A stretch of DNA of 64,000 nt, taken from the NCBI GenBank assembly GCA_041303615.1, contig JBFYOX010000003.1, forward strand, positions 1,333 through 65,332. The letters run 5' to 3'. Source of the stretch: Actinomycetes bacterium. GTDB taxonomy: Bacteria > Actinomycetota > Actinomycetes > Nanopelagicales > Nanopelagicaceae. This document shows, piece after piece, positions 1 through 8,932 of this stretch (position 1 is the first letter of the stretch; each line of letters begins with the position of its first letter). A program made the translations under genes and the position numbers. A model generated the notes under the pieces. The model did not search any database. It had not been told where the DNA came from and saw nothing but the letters and a program-made list of their open reading frames with translations.

Positions 1-530
1 ACTCACTAGGCGGGCGCGCAGCAGAAGAATTAATCTTCCACGATCCTTCGACAGGTGCATCAAACGATATTGAGAAAGCAACCGCACTGGCTCGCGCAAT
101 GGTTACCCAATATGGAATGACTGAGGCAATTGGGGCTATCAAGCTCGGAAGTGACTCTTCAGAACCGTTTATGGGGCGCGATTACGGGCACCAACGAGAC
201 TATTCAGAGAACGTTGCTGCAGTTGTTGATGCAGAAATTCGTAAGTTAATTGAGAATGCTCATCAAGAGGCTTTCGATATTCTCGAAGCGAATCGCACAA
301 TTCTTGATGAGATGGTTCTGCAACTTCTTGAGAGAGAAACCCTCAACAAGGAAGAGATTGCTCAAATCTTTGCACGCGTTAATTCATGGCCAACTCGACC
401 TGCTTGGACAGGGTCTATCACTCGCGTTCCTTCTTCGAAGCCGCCAGTTGATATTCCAGAACGTATCGCTCCTGCTACACCAGAGGCACCAAAGAAGGCT
501 CGCAGAGTGAAGAAGGTAAATCCCGAGTGA
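1..530 (+). CDS. ftsH: ATP-dependent zinc metalloprotease FtsH, C-terminal part (truncated by window edge)
   Basis: Frame is open from base 3 ([39 protein letters not shown]), the M41 peptidase signature; followed by folE as usual in Actinobacteria. Confidence 0.96.
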   Translation, partial: SLGGRAAEELIFHDPSTGASNDIEKATALARAMVTQYGMTEAIGAIKLGSDSSEPFMGRDYGHQRDYSENVAAVVDAEIRKLIENAHQEAFDILEANRTILDEMVLQLLERETLNKEEIAQIFARVNSWPTRPAWTGSITRVPSSKPPVDIPERIAPATPEAPKKARRVKKVNPE

Positions 531-1138
531 CCGATATTTCATCGGTATCAATGGGACCTAGCGATGGTCGTGCATCGCATCCTTATGATCAGGAGCGCGC
601 AGAGAAGGCAGTTCGGGAACTCCTACTTGCCCTCGGTGAAGATCCAGATCGTGAAGGCCTTCAAGAAACTCCTGCTCGTGTAGCGCGCGCATTCAAAGAG
701 AACTTTGAAGGACTTTGGCAGAAGCCAGAAGATGTATTAACTACAACTTTTGATATCGGCCATGAAGAGTTAGTAATCATTCGAGATATCGAAGTCTTTT
801 CACATTGTGAACATCATCTGACTCCATTCCACGGCGTAGCTCACGTTGGATATATCCCAAGTGGAAAAATTACTGGTCTCTCGAAGGTGGCGCGCCTAGT
901 GGATCTCTTTGCTCGTCGCCCACAAGTACAAGAGCGTTTAACAACTCAGATTGCCGATGCCCTTGTAGAAATTCTGAAACCGATGGGCGTAATTGTCATT
1001 ATCGATTGTGAACACTTATGTATGTCGATGCGTGGTGTGCGCAAATCACAGGCTCGAACAACTACTTCAGCTGTGCGAGGCGTCTTACGTGATGCAACGA
1101 CTCGCGCTGAAGCAATCAGCCTCATTACGAATCGATAG
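527..1138 (+). CDS. folE: GTP cyclohydrolase I
   Basis: [40 protein letters not shown] motifs; GTGA overlap with ftsH. Confidence 0.97.
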   Translation: MTDISSVSMGPSDGRASHPYDQERAEKAVRELLLALGEDPDREGLQETPARVARAFKENFEGLWQKPEDVLTTTFDIGHEELVIIRDIEVFSHCEHHLTPFHGVAHVGYIPSGKITGLSKVARLVDLFARRPQVQERLTTQIADALVEILKPMGVIVIIDCEHLCMSMRGVRKSQARTTTSAVRGVLRDATTRAEAISLITNR

Positions 1139-1144
1139 AGTGCC

Positions 1145-1900
1145 ATGTTAGTAATGGGTATCCTCAATGTCACTCCAGATTCATTTGCTGATGGCGGAGT
1201 TTATTTCGAGGTTTCACATGCGATACATCGCGGTCTTGAGATGATTGATGAAGGCGTAGACATCATCGATATTGGTGGAGAATCGACGAGACCAGGTGCC
1301 GAAAGAGTTTCTGAAGAGGAAGAACAAGCACGAGTTCTGCCTGTGATTAAAGGACTTGCTGGCGCTGGCGTTACCTTAAGTATCGACACAATGCGCGCTT
1401 CAACAGCGAAGCTTGCTGTCGAAGCTGGCGCATCAATTGTTAATGATGTCAGTGGTGGAGCTGCTGACCCAGCTATGTTCTCAACAGTTGCAGCACTTGG
1501 TTGCAAGTACACGTTGATGCATTGGCGTGGACATTCAGTAGATATGAATTCAAAGGCGATCTATGGAGATGTCGTAACGGATGTGATTGAAGAGGTAACG
1601 ATTCAATTAGATAAAGCGCTTGCTGCAGGAGTATTGCGTGAAAATATCATTCTCGACCCAGGTATCGGTTTTGCAAAAGATCCAGAACATAACTGGGAGA
1701 TCTTGCAGAGAATCGATGAATTTATCGCTCTTGGTTACCCAGTTCTGATTGGCCACTCACGCAAGCGCTTCCTAGGTGGAGATCATCCCGATGAGCGGGA
1801 AGCTGCAACTGTTAGCGTCACACAAACTTTGGCTAGCAAGGGCATTTGGGCTGTGCGAGTGCATGGTGTTAAAGCGAATGTGGAGGCGATCCGCGCATGA
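1145..1900 (+). CDS. folP: Dihydropteroate synthase
   Basis: MGILNVTPDSF, DIGGESTRPG, DPGIGFAK, SRKRF, RVH motifs. Confidence 0.97.
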   Translation: MLVMGILNVTPDSFADGGVYFEVSHAIHRGLEMIDEGVDIIDIGGESTRPGAERVSEEEEQARVLPVIKGLAGAGVTLSIDTMRASTAKLAVEAGASIVNDVSGGAADPAMFSTVAALGCKYTLMHWRGHSVDMNSKAIYGDVVTDVIEEVTIQLDKALAAGVLRENIILDPGIGFAKDPEHNWEILQRIDEFIALGYPVLIGHSRKRFLGGDHPDEREAATVSVTQTLASKGIWAVRVHGVKANVEAIRA

Positions 1901-2253
1901 GCGATCTCATTAAATTAACTGGAATCTGGGGATTTGGATATCACGGTGTCTTTGACCATGAAGCGGAGAACGGGCAAGATTTTTATGTAGATCTCGAGAT
2001 TACTTTGGATCTCTCCGCTGCAAGTAAGAGCGATGACCTGAAGGACACAGTTGATTATGGATCACTCGCAGATCTCGTTGTCGAAGAGATTACTGGTGAG
2101 CGAGTAGAACTCATCGAGAGATTAGCGGGAAGAATCGCAGATCGCGCAAAAAATGAGTTTCCTGAAATTCAGAAGATTGCTGTCACGGTTCATAAGCCAA
2201 AAGCGCCGGTATCAGCCCAAGTTGCCGATATCTCTGTGACAATCACTAGATGA
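1897..2253 (+). CDS. folB: Dihydroneopterin aldolase
   Basis: GYHGVFDHE, DDLKDTVDY, LIERLA, KPKAP motifs; position in fol operon. Confidence 0.96.
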   Translation: MSDLIKLTGIWGFGYHGVFDHEAENGQDFYVDLEITLDLSAASKSDDLKDTVDYGSLADLVVEEITGERVELIERLAGRIADRAKNEFPEIQKIAVTVHKPKAPVSAQVADISVTITR

Positions 2254-2696
2254 AGGCAGTAATTGCGCTCGGTGCCAATATTGGTAACCCTGAAGAGCAG
2301 ATGCAACTTGCAATCGCGATGTTGCGCGAGGCAACGGATGTAATTGCAGTATCGACTTTCTACTCCACGAAAGCTGTAGGGGGACCAGAACAACCAGATT
2401 ATCTCAATGCAATCTGTATCGCTGAAAGTGATCTACCAGCTTCTGATTTACTCAGCCTTCTACATGGAATTGAGAAGACGCTTGGACGCGAACGAATTGA
2501 GCGATGGGGTCCTCGCACAATCGATTTAGATCTCATTCAATATGGATCAATCTTGAGCAGTGCAGAAGAGCTGGAGCTTCCACATCCACGCGCTCATGAG
2601 AGAAGATTTGTTTTAGAACCATGGCTTGAGATTGAACCGGATGCAATTCTCCTTACACACGGAAAAATCTCTGAACTTTTGGAGCAATTGCAATAA
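2250..2696 (+). CDS. folK: 2-amino-4-hydroxy-6-hydroxymethyldihydropteridine diphosphokinase
   Basis: ALGANIG, RWGPRTIDLD, LPHPRAHERRFVL motifs. Confidence 0.97.
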   Translation: MKAVIALGANIGNPEEQMQLAIAMLREATDVIAVSTFYSTKAVGGPEQPDYLNAICIAESDLPASDLLSLLHGIEKTLGRERIERWGPRTIDLDLIQYGSILSSAEELELPHPRAHERRFVLEPWLEIEPDAILLTHGKISELLEQLQ

Positions 2697-2746
2697 CGCT
2701 TTAGACTTATCGCACTGCCTGCCCGGTACCTGAAAGGACTGGAGCC

Positions 2747-3517
2747 ATGAAAGTAGTACATAGCGCTCAAGAGCTTCCTTCAGGCTGCGCATTTGTTCCA
2801 ACCATGGGAGCGCTGCATGAGGGACATGGCTCACTATTTACTATTGCTGCGAAATTGAGCGATCACGTTGTGGCCAGTATCTTTATCAACCCGCTTCAAT
2901 TTGAAAATCCAGATGACTTACAGAAGTACCCAAAGACTCCAGATGCAGATATTGAATTAGCGAAACGTTCCGGAGTCACGCACCTCTGGTTTCCAAAATA
3001 CGACGAGATTTATCCTCAAGGCTTTAATTCGCTCAAAGCGGGCCCAATTGGCGACCTCTTTGAAGGAGCTTCGCGCCCAGGCCACTTTGATGGTGTAGTC
3101 ACAGTTGTAAATCGTCTCTTCACGCTAGTGAAGCCAACCTTTGCAATCTTCGGTGAGAAGGATTTCCAACAGTTGAAGTTAGTTGAAGCGATGGCCGGAG
3201 ATGTAAAAATTATTAGAGGACCAATCTTCCGCGAAGTCGATGGTCTAGCGATGTCATCTCGCAATATTCGCCTCTCACCTGAAGGTCGTGCAGCTGCGCC
3301 AATTATTTACAAGGCGCTCTCAGCAGCTAAGAGCGAGAGTGAACTTCAAGGGATACTCAAGAGCGAGGCGCTCTTTGAGCTGGATTACGCCACATTGATT
3401 GATGAAGATACTTTCCTTCCAGCGAGTAAAGAGTCGAAGCGCGTGCGAGCGATTATTGCTGGGTGGATTAATGGCGTCCGTTTGCTCGACAATATGCAGA
3501 TGGAGATCAACGCATGA
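2747..3517 (+). CDS. panC: Pantoate--beta-alanine ligase
   Basis: VPTMGALHEGH, RPGHFDGV, FGEKDFQQ, REVDGLAMSSRN, RLLDN motifs; GGAG upstream. Confidence 0.96.
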   Translation: MKVVHSAQELPSGCAFVPTMGALHEGHGSLFTIAAKLSDHVVASIFINPLQFENPDDLQKYPKTPDADIELAKRSGVTHLWFPKYDEIYPQGFNSLKAGPIGDLFEGASRPGHFDGVVTVVNRLFTLVKPTFAIFGEKDFQQLKLVEAMAGDVKIIRGPIFREVDGLAMSSRNIRLSPEGRAAAPIIYKALSAAKSESELQGILKSEALFELDYATLIDEDTFLPASKESKRVRAIIAGWINGVRLLDNMQMEINA

Positions 3518-5127
3518 AGTTATTAGCCCCTGCTCCAGGTTGGACTGCAACTGCAGATGTAATCGTTGTTGGCTCAGGTATCGCGGGACTTACTACTGCG
3601 CTGCAATGTAGAACATTTGGTCTTTCAGTTCTGCTTGTTACAAAGGCCAGCGTTGATGAAGGTTCAACGAAGTGGGCACAAGGTGGAATCGCTGCTGCGC
3701 TCGGCGACGGCGATTCACCTGAAGATCACGAGAAAGATACTTTGGTAGCAGGTGCAGGCCTATGCGATGTACAGGCAGTTCGAGTACTGGTTACAGAAGG
3801 ACCTGAAGCGGTCCGTAAGTTAATTGAACGCGGTGCAATCTTTGATAAAGAAGCAAGCGGTGAAATTGCCCTGACTCGCGAGGGTGGACATTTACGTAAT
3901 CGAATTATTCACGCGGGCGGGGATGCAACAGGTGCAGAAGTTTCACGTGCACTTCTCGCAGCTGTACAGAATGACCCTGAAATTGAAGTTGTTGAAAATG
4001 CACTTGTACTCGATGCGCTTAAAAACGATATCGGTGAAGTCTGTGGCGTGACTCTGCACGTCATTGGTGCAGGTAGCCGTGATGGAGTTGGTCGCGGAAT
4101 AGCAAAGGCAGTTGTTCTTGCAACCGGTGGACTCGGACAAGTTTTTGCTCAAACAACAAATCCTTCAGTCTCAACTGGCGACGGAGTAGCACTGGCTCTT
4201 CGAGCTGGAGCAAAAGTTGCCGATGTTGAATTTATTCAGTTCCACCCGACAGTTCTCTGGCTGGGCAATAACTCAGAAGGCCAACAACCACTTATTAGCG
4301 AAGCTGTACGTGGTGAAGGCGCATATTTATTAGATGATGATGGAAATCGCTTCATGAAAGATTTACATCCTCTTGCAGAACTTGCTCCACGAGATGTTGT
4401 GGCAATTTCAATTATGCGCGTAATGAATACGAGTAAGACGGGTCATGTCTGGCTAGATGTTCGACATATTGAAGGATTTGAAAGCAGATTCCCAACGATT
4501 TATGCATCTTGCAAGAGCCATGGAATAGATCCGCTAACTCAGTTGATTCCAGTTGCGCCAGCATCTCACTATGCATCAGGTGGAGTTCGCGTTGATCTAA
4601 ATGGACGAACAAGCGTTAAAGGACTTTACGCATGTGGCGAGACCGCATGTTCAGGAGTGCACGGTGCAAACCGCCTTGCCTCCAACTCTCTCCTTGAAGG
4701 ACTCGTCTTTAGCGCGCGAATTGCAGCTGACATAGCGGCAAACCTCACAGAATTTTCAGAGCCTGTAGAAAATGCTTCGAAAGCAATTCTTCTTGATCCA
4801 ATAGTTCGCCACGATATTCAGATCAGTATGAGTCGAGGGGCTGGCGTATTGCGCTCATCTGATTCGCTATTGAGTACAAGCTCTGATTTAACGCGAATAG
4901 AAGATCGAACCAGCACACAGCCATGTGTTGAAGCGTGGGAGACAACAAACTTATTCCAGCTTGCACAGGCGATTCTTAAAGCAGCGCTTATACGTCAAGA
5001 GACTCGTGGTTCACATTGGCGTGAGGATTTCCCTGAGACAAGTGATCAATGGAGAAAGAGAATTGTTCAGCAGTTAGATCAAACAGGTTACTGGACAAGT
5101 GGATATCAGGAAGTTGGAAGTTCATGA
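3514..5127 (+). CDS. nadB: L-aspartate oxidase
   Basis: GSGIAG FAD motif, WAQGGIAA, REGGH, QFHPT, GVHGANRLASNSLLEG; adjacent to nadC. Confidence 0.96.
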   Translation: MKLLAPAPGWTATADVIVVGSGIAGLTTALQCRTFGLSVLLVTKASVDEGSTKWAQGGIAAALGDGDSPEDHEKDTLVAGAGLCDVQAVRVLVTEGPEAVRKLIERGAIFDKEASGEIALTREGGHLRNRIIHAGGDATGAEVSRALLAAVQNDPEIEVVENALVLDALKNDIGEVCGVTLHVIGAGSRDGVGRGIAKAVVLATGGLGQVFAQTTNPSVSTGDGVALALRAGAKVADVEFIQFHPTVLWLGNNSEGQQPLISEAVRGEGAYLLDDDGNRFMKDLHPLAELAPRDVVAISIMRVMNTSKTGHVWLDVRHIEGFESRFPTIYASCKSHGIDPLTQLIPVAPASHYASGGVRVDLNGRTSVKGLYACGETACSGVHGANRLASNSLLEGLVFSARIAADIAANLTEFSEPVENASKAILLDPIVRHDIQISMSRGAGVLRSSDSLLSTSSDLTRIEDRTSTQPCVEAWETTNLFQLAQAILKAALIRQETRGSHWREDFPETSDQWRKRIVQQLDQTGYWTSGYQEVGSS

Positions 5128-5948
5128 TTGATCGCGACCTCATTAAACGTGCACTGTCTGAAGATCTCGATGGCGGAGAAGATATAACCTCCGTTGCTAC
5201 CGTCTCTGGAACAGAGCGCGTCATTGCAGATTTTGTTGCTCGTCGAGATGGCGTGATTGCAGGAATTGATATGGCCCGCGCCGTTCTTGAAGAGGTAGGC
5301 CTGAAGGATATTTCGGTATTTATTCAAGATGGCGATGCGGTTTCCGCAGGTAAAGTCCTGATGAGTGTTCGGGGTGATACTCGTGCAATCCTGCTTGCAG
5401 AGCGAACTGCACTTAATTTCCTTGGCCACCTTGGTGGAATTGCAACGCTGACAAACACATGGGTTAAAGCAATTGCAGGAACATCCTGCAAGATTCGGGA
5501 CACACGTAAGACAACCCCGGGTATGCGCGCACTTGAAAAATATGCAGTGCGAATGGGGGGTGGCACTAACCACCGAATGTCCTTAAGCGATGCTGCCCTT
5601 ATTAAAGATAATCACATTGCAGCAGCAGGTGGAGTTGCAGAGGCATTCTCACGTGTACGTTCACAATTTCCAACTGCAGAAATTGAGATTGAGGTAGACA
5701 ACCTCGAGCAATTGGCTGAGGTTCTTCCACTAAATCCGGATCTCGTACTTCTGGACAATATGAACCCTGAACTCTGTCGCAAAGCGGTGGAGATAGTTGC
5801 AGGCCAGTGCAAGCTTGAAGCATCAGGTGGAATCTCACTTGAAAGCGCAAAGGAGTTTGCAGCCACAGGTGTCGATTACTTAGCAATCGGCGCTCTGACT
5901 CATAGCGCACCTGTTTTAGATATCGGCCTAGATTTGAGAGCGGAGTAA
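5124..5948 (+). CDS. nadC: Nicotinate-nucleotide diphosphorylase (carboxylating)
   Basis: DTRKTTPG, NHRMSLSD, KDNH, EASGG motifs; start moved to ATG 5124 (ATGA overlap with nadB stop) from the ORF-track start 5049. Confidence 0.96.
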   Translation: MIDRDLIKRALSEDLDGGEDITSVATVSGTERVIADFVARRDGVIAGIDMARAVLEEVGLKDISVFIQDGDAVSAGKVLMSVRGDTRAILLAERTALNFLGHLGGIATLTNTWVKAIAGTSCKIRDTRKTTPGMRALEKYAVRMGGGTNHRMSLSDAALIKDNHIAAAGGVAEAFSRVRSQFPTAEIEIEVDNLEQLAEVLPLNPDLVLLDNMNPELCRKAVEIVAGQCKLEASGGISLESAKEFAATGVDYLAIGALTHSAPVLDIGLDLRAE

Positions 5949-5950
5949 AT

Positions 5951-6718
5951 ATGTTACTGACAGTTGATGTAGGAAATACAAATACAGTTCTAGGTATATT
6001 TGAAAAAGATGCCTTGATTAAATCGTGGCGAGTGAAGACAGATCCGCGCACGACTGCAGATGAACTCTGGCTCCAATTCAGCGCTCTTGTTACAGGTTAC
6101 AAAATTACAGGGCTCTCTATCTGTTCGACTGTGCCAGCAACTCTTCGCGAGTTAAGAACAATGATTGATTCGTACTTCACAGATATTCCTGTGACAATCG
6201 TTGAACCTGGTACAAAGACTGGCGTTCAGTTGCTTGTCGATAATCCAAAAGAAATTGGTGCAGATCGCATAGTTAATACCCTTGCTGCACACACGCTTTA
6301 TGGTGGACCCGCAATTGTCGTTGATTTCGGTACTTCGACAAACCTTGATGTTGTCTCACCTAAGGGAGAATTCCTGGGGGGAGCACTTGCGCCCGGAATT
6401 GAAATCTCAGTCGATGCACTTGCATCACGGGCTGCACAGTTACGTAAAGTCGAATTAATTCGTCCAAAGAATGTAATTGGAAAGAACACTGTCGAGGCGC
6501 TGCAATCCGGAACGATCTTTGGATTTGCAGGACAAGTTGATGGGCTAGTTGAGCGCATCACTGAGGAGCTCGCAGATAGCTATAAAGAACGCCCGACAGT
6601 GATTGCTACTGGTGGATTAGCCCCGCTCATCCTTGGAGTTGCGGAAACTATTGATGAACACGAGCCAGATCTGACTCTCATCGGGCTACGACTTATTCAT
6701 GAGAAGAACATCTCTTAA
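5951..6718 (+). CDS. coaX: Type III pantothenate kinase
   Basis: DVGNTNT, GADRI, VDFGT, ATGGLA motifs. Confidence 0.96.
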   Translation: MLLTVDVGNTNTVLGIFEKDALIKSWRVKTDPRTTADELWLQFSALVTGYKITGLSICSTVPATLRELRTMIDSYFTDIPVTIVEPGTKTGVQLLVDNPKEIGADRIVNTLAAHTLYGGPAIVVDFGTSTNLDVVSPKGEFLGGALAPGIEISVDALASRAAQLRKVELIRPKNVIGKNTVEALQSGTIFGFAGQVDGLVERITEELADSYKERPTVIATGGLAPLILGVAETIDEHEPDLTLIGLRLIHEKNIS

Positions 6719-6761
6719 CTGATAACCGCGCCCTTCTGGGCGAGGGTAGACTCTGCGCACT

Positions 6762-8270
6762 ATGACCACTGAGAACTCAACACCTGCTGAAGACGATCTA
6801 CCCGAGCAACTTCGGATTCGTCGCGAGAAGCGCGCAAGCCTTCTTGAGCGTGGAATCGAGCCATATCCAGTGGCTGTGCCTCGAACCAAGTCGCTTCACG
6901 AGGTTCGTGAGAAGTACACCGGTCTCGATGCAGATGTAGCAACCGGCGATACTGAAAGTCTTACAGGTCGCATTATCTTTAAGCGCGATACCGGAAAGCT
7001 CTGCTTTGCAACTCTTCGCGAAGGTGATGGAACAGAACTTCAAGCGATGCTCTCTCTCGACAAAGTTGGGCAAGAGCAATTAGATGCATGGAAGTCAGAT
7101 ATTGATTTAGGTGACATGGTCTCTGTAACAGGCGAGATCATCACTTCAAAGCGCGGCGAACTTTCTATTCTCGCAACTACATGGGCACTTGCTTCAAAAT
7201 CATTACGTCCCCTGCCAAATGATCACAAGCCGATGTCTGAAGAGACTCGCGTTCGTATGCGTTATGTAGATTTAATTGTTCGACCAGAGGCTCGTTCTGC
7301 AGCCCGTATGCGTCCGACCGTGATGCGTTCACTTCGCGAAACTTTTAATAATCAAAGCTTTATTGAAGTTGAGACACCAATGTTGCAGGTCATGCATGGT
7401 GGAGCAGCTGCTCGTCCATTTAAGACTTTCAGCAATGCATACGATATGGATCTCTATATGCGTATCGCACCGGAACTTTTCTTAAAGCGTTGCGTTGTCG
7501 GTGGAATCGAACGTGTATTTGAGATTAACCGCAACTTCCGCAACGAAGGCGCCGACTCTTCACACTCGCCAGAGTTTGCAATGGTTGAGTCATATATGTC
7601 CTACGGAGATTGGCGCTCGATTGCCGATGTCACGCGAGCACTGATTCAAAATGCTGCGATGGCAGTTGCTGGTTCACATGTTGTTACACACCACAATGGT
7701 CGCCAAGCAGATCTTGGTGGACAGTGGAACGAGATCTCTCTATACGATGCAATCTCTGAGGGCGTTGGAGAACAAGTAACTGCTCTCACGCCCATTGACG
7801 AACTTAAGAAGTATGCAACGAAGCTCGGTATGAAGATCGACCCAAAGTGGGTTACAGGTAAGCTCGCTGAAGAGATCTTTGAGCACGTTGCGCAAGATAA
7901 GTTGATCGAACCAACATTCGTTATGGGTTACCCAGTAGATACATCTCCACTTGTGCGCGCACATCGTGAGATTCCAGGAGTCGTTGAAAAGTGGGATCTC
8001 TATGTCGATGGTTTTGAATTAGCAACAGGATATTCAGAGCTCATCGATCCAATCATTCAACGCGAGCGACTTGTAGAGCAGGCGCAGCTTGGTGCCAAGG
8101 GCGACCTTGAAGCAATGCAAGTTGATGAAGATTTCCTACGTGCAATGGAATTTGGCATGCCACCAATGGGTGGAATGGGTATGGGTGTAGATCGTTTATT
8201 GATGGCACTTACCGGTCTTGGAATTCGCGAAACAATCTTGTTCCCATTGGTAAAGCCGGAAATAGATTAA
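6762..8270 (+). CDS. lysS: Lysine--tRNA ligase (class II)
   Basis: OB-fold N-terminus, GGAAARPF, RIAPEL, RNFRNEG, GMGVDRL, ILFP motifs. Confidence 0.97.
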   Translation: MTTENSTPAEDDLPEQLRIRREKRASLLERGIEPYPVAVPRTKSLHEVREKYTGLDADVATGDTESLTGRIIFKRDTGKLCFATLREGDGTELQAMLSLDKVGQEQLDAWKSDIDLGDMVSVTGEIITSKRGELSILATTWALASKSLRPLPNDHKPMSEETRVRMRYVDLIVRPEARSAARMRPTVMRSLRETFNNQSFIEVETPMLQVMHGGAAARPFKTFSNAYDMDLYMRIAPELFLKRCVVGGIERVFEINRNFRNEGADSSHSPEFAMVESYMSYGDWRSIADVTRALIQNAAMAVAGSHVVTHHNGRQADLGGQWNEISLYDAISEGVGEQVTALTPIDELKKYATKLGMKIDPKWVTGKLAEEIFEHVAQDKLIEPTFVMGYPVDTSPLVRAHREIPGVVEKWDLYVDGFELATGYSELIDPIIQRERLVEQAQLGAKGDLEAMQVDEDFLRAMEFGMPPMGGMGMGVDRLLMALTGLGIRETILFPLVKPEID

Positions 8271-8272
8271 GA

Positions 8273-8767
8273 ATGTTGGTTATTAGACCTGCACGAACTA
8301 CTGATGTTAAGGCGATTCGCGAACTCGTAGATTCATATGCTGCTCCTGGAAAGATGCTCACCAAAGAAACGGTAACTTTGTACGAAGGCGTTCAAGAATT
8401 TACCGTTGCAGAAGAAGATGGCGTCATTGTTGGCTGCGGGGCTCTTCACATTCTCTGGGAAGATTTAGCAGAAGTTCGTACCGTTGCTGTTAAACAAGGC
8501 CGCCACAAAGAAGGCATTGGTCATAAAATTCTTGAGCAAATTATTGAACGCGCACGAGAAGTTGGCGTTGACCGAATTTTCTGCCTCACTTTTCAAACAG
8601 AGTTCTTTGGCCGTCATGGTTTTGAAGAGATCCAAGGAACTCCCGTTGACCCTGATGTTTACCAACAACTCCTACGTTCCTACGATGCCGGTGTCGCTGA
8701 GTTCTTGGATCTTGAGTCGGTGAAGCCAAATACCCTTGGCAATACCCGAATGCTCCTGACTCTCTAG
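8273..8767 (+). CDS. argA: GNAT amino-acid N-acetyltransferase (short actinobacterial ArgA type)
   Basis: GCGALHILWEDLAEVRTVAV and FCLTF..EFFGRHGF typical of short ArgA. Confidence 0.82.
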   Translation: MLVIRPARTTDVKAIRELVDSYAAPGKMLTKETVTLYEGVQEFTVAEEDGVIVGCGALHILWEDLAEVRTVAVKQGRHKEGIGHKILEQIIERAREVGVDRIFCLTFQTEFFGRHGFEEIQGTPVDPDVYQQLLRSYDAGVAEFLDLESVKPNTLGNTRMLLTL

Positions 8768-8808
8768 CCACCTCTATCTTTGGGGCGCTCTACCATTGGA
8801 CCTTTGAG

Positions 8809-8834
8809 GGAATATTCACCCCATATTTAGGGTT
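8809..8834 (+). promoter_or_regulatory. Putative SigR/SigH-type ECF promoter of clpC
   Basis: GGAAT (8809-8813), exactly 18 nt, then GTT (8832-8834): the Streptomyces SigR consensus GGAAT-N18-GTT. Confidence 0.7.
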
Positions 8835-8932
8835 CTACGAGGTACCAAAGCTATCCACCTCGCGCCTTCCCTAGGCTGGGTTATAGGCTTACGGCAGCAC
8901 CAATTGGATGTAGGAAATAAAGGAGTCAGCCC

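Noticed and set aside
5049-5123. N-terminal extensions of nadC, XPB (22222), menD (34635), menG (38112) and nuoM (50858) in the ORF track
   Set aside because: Longest-ORF artefacts; downstream starts fit stop/start overlaps or -10 spacing and the family N-termini.
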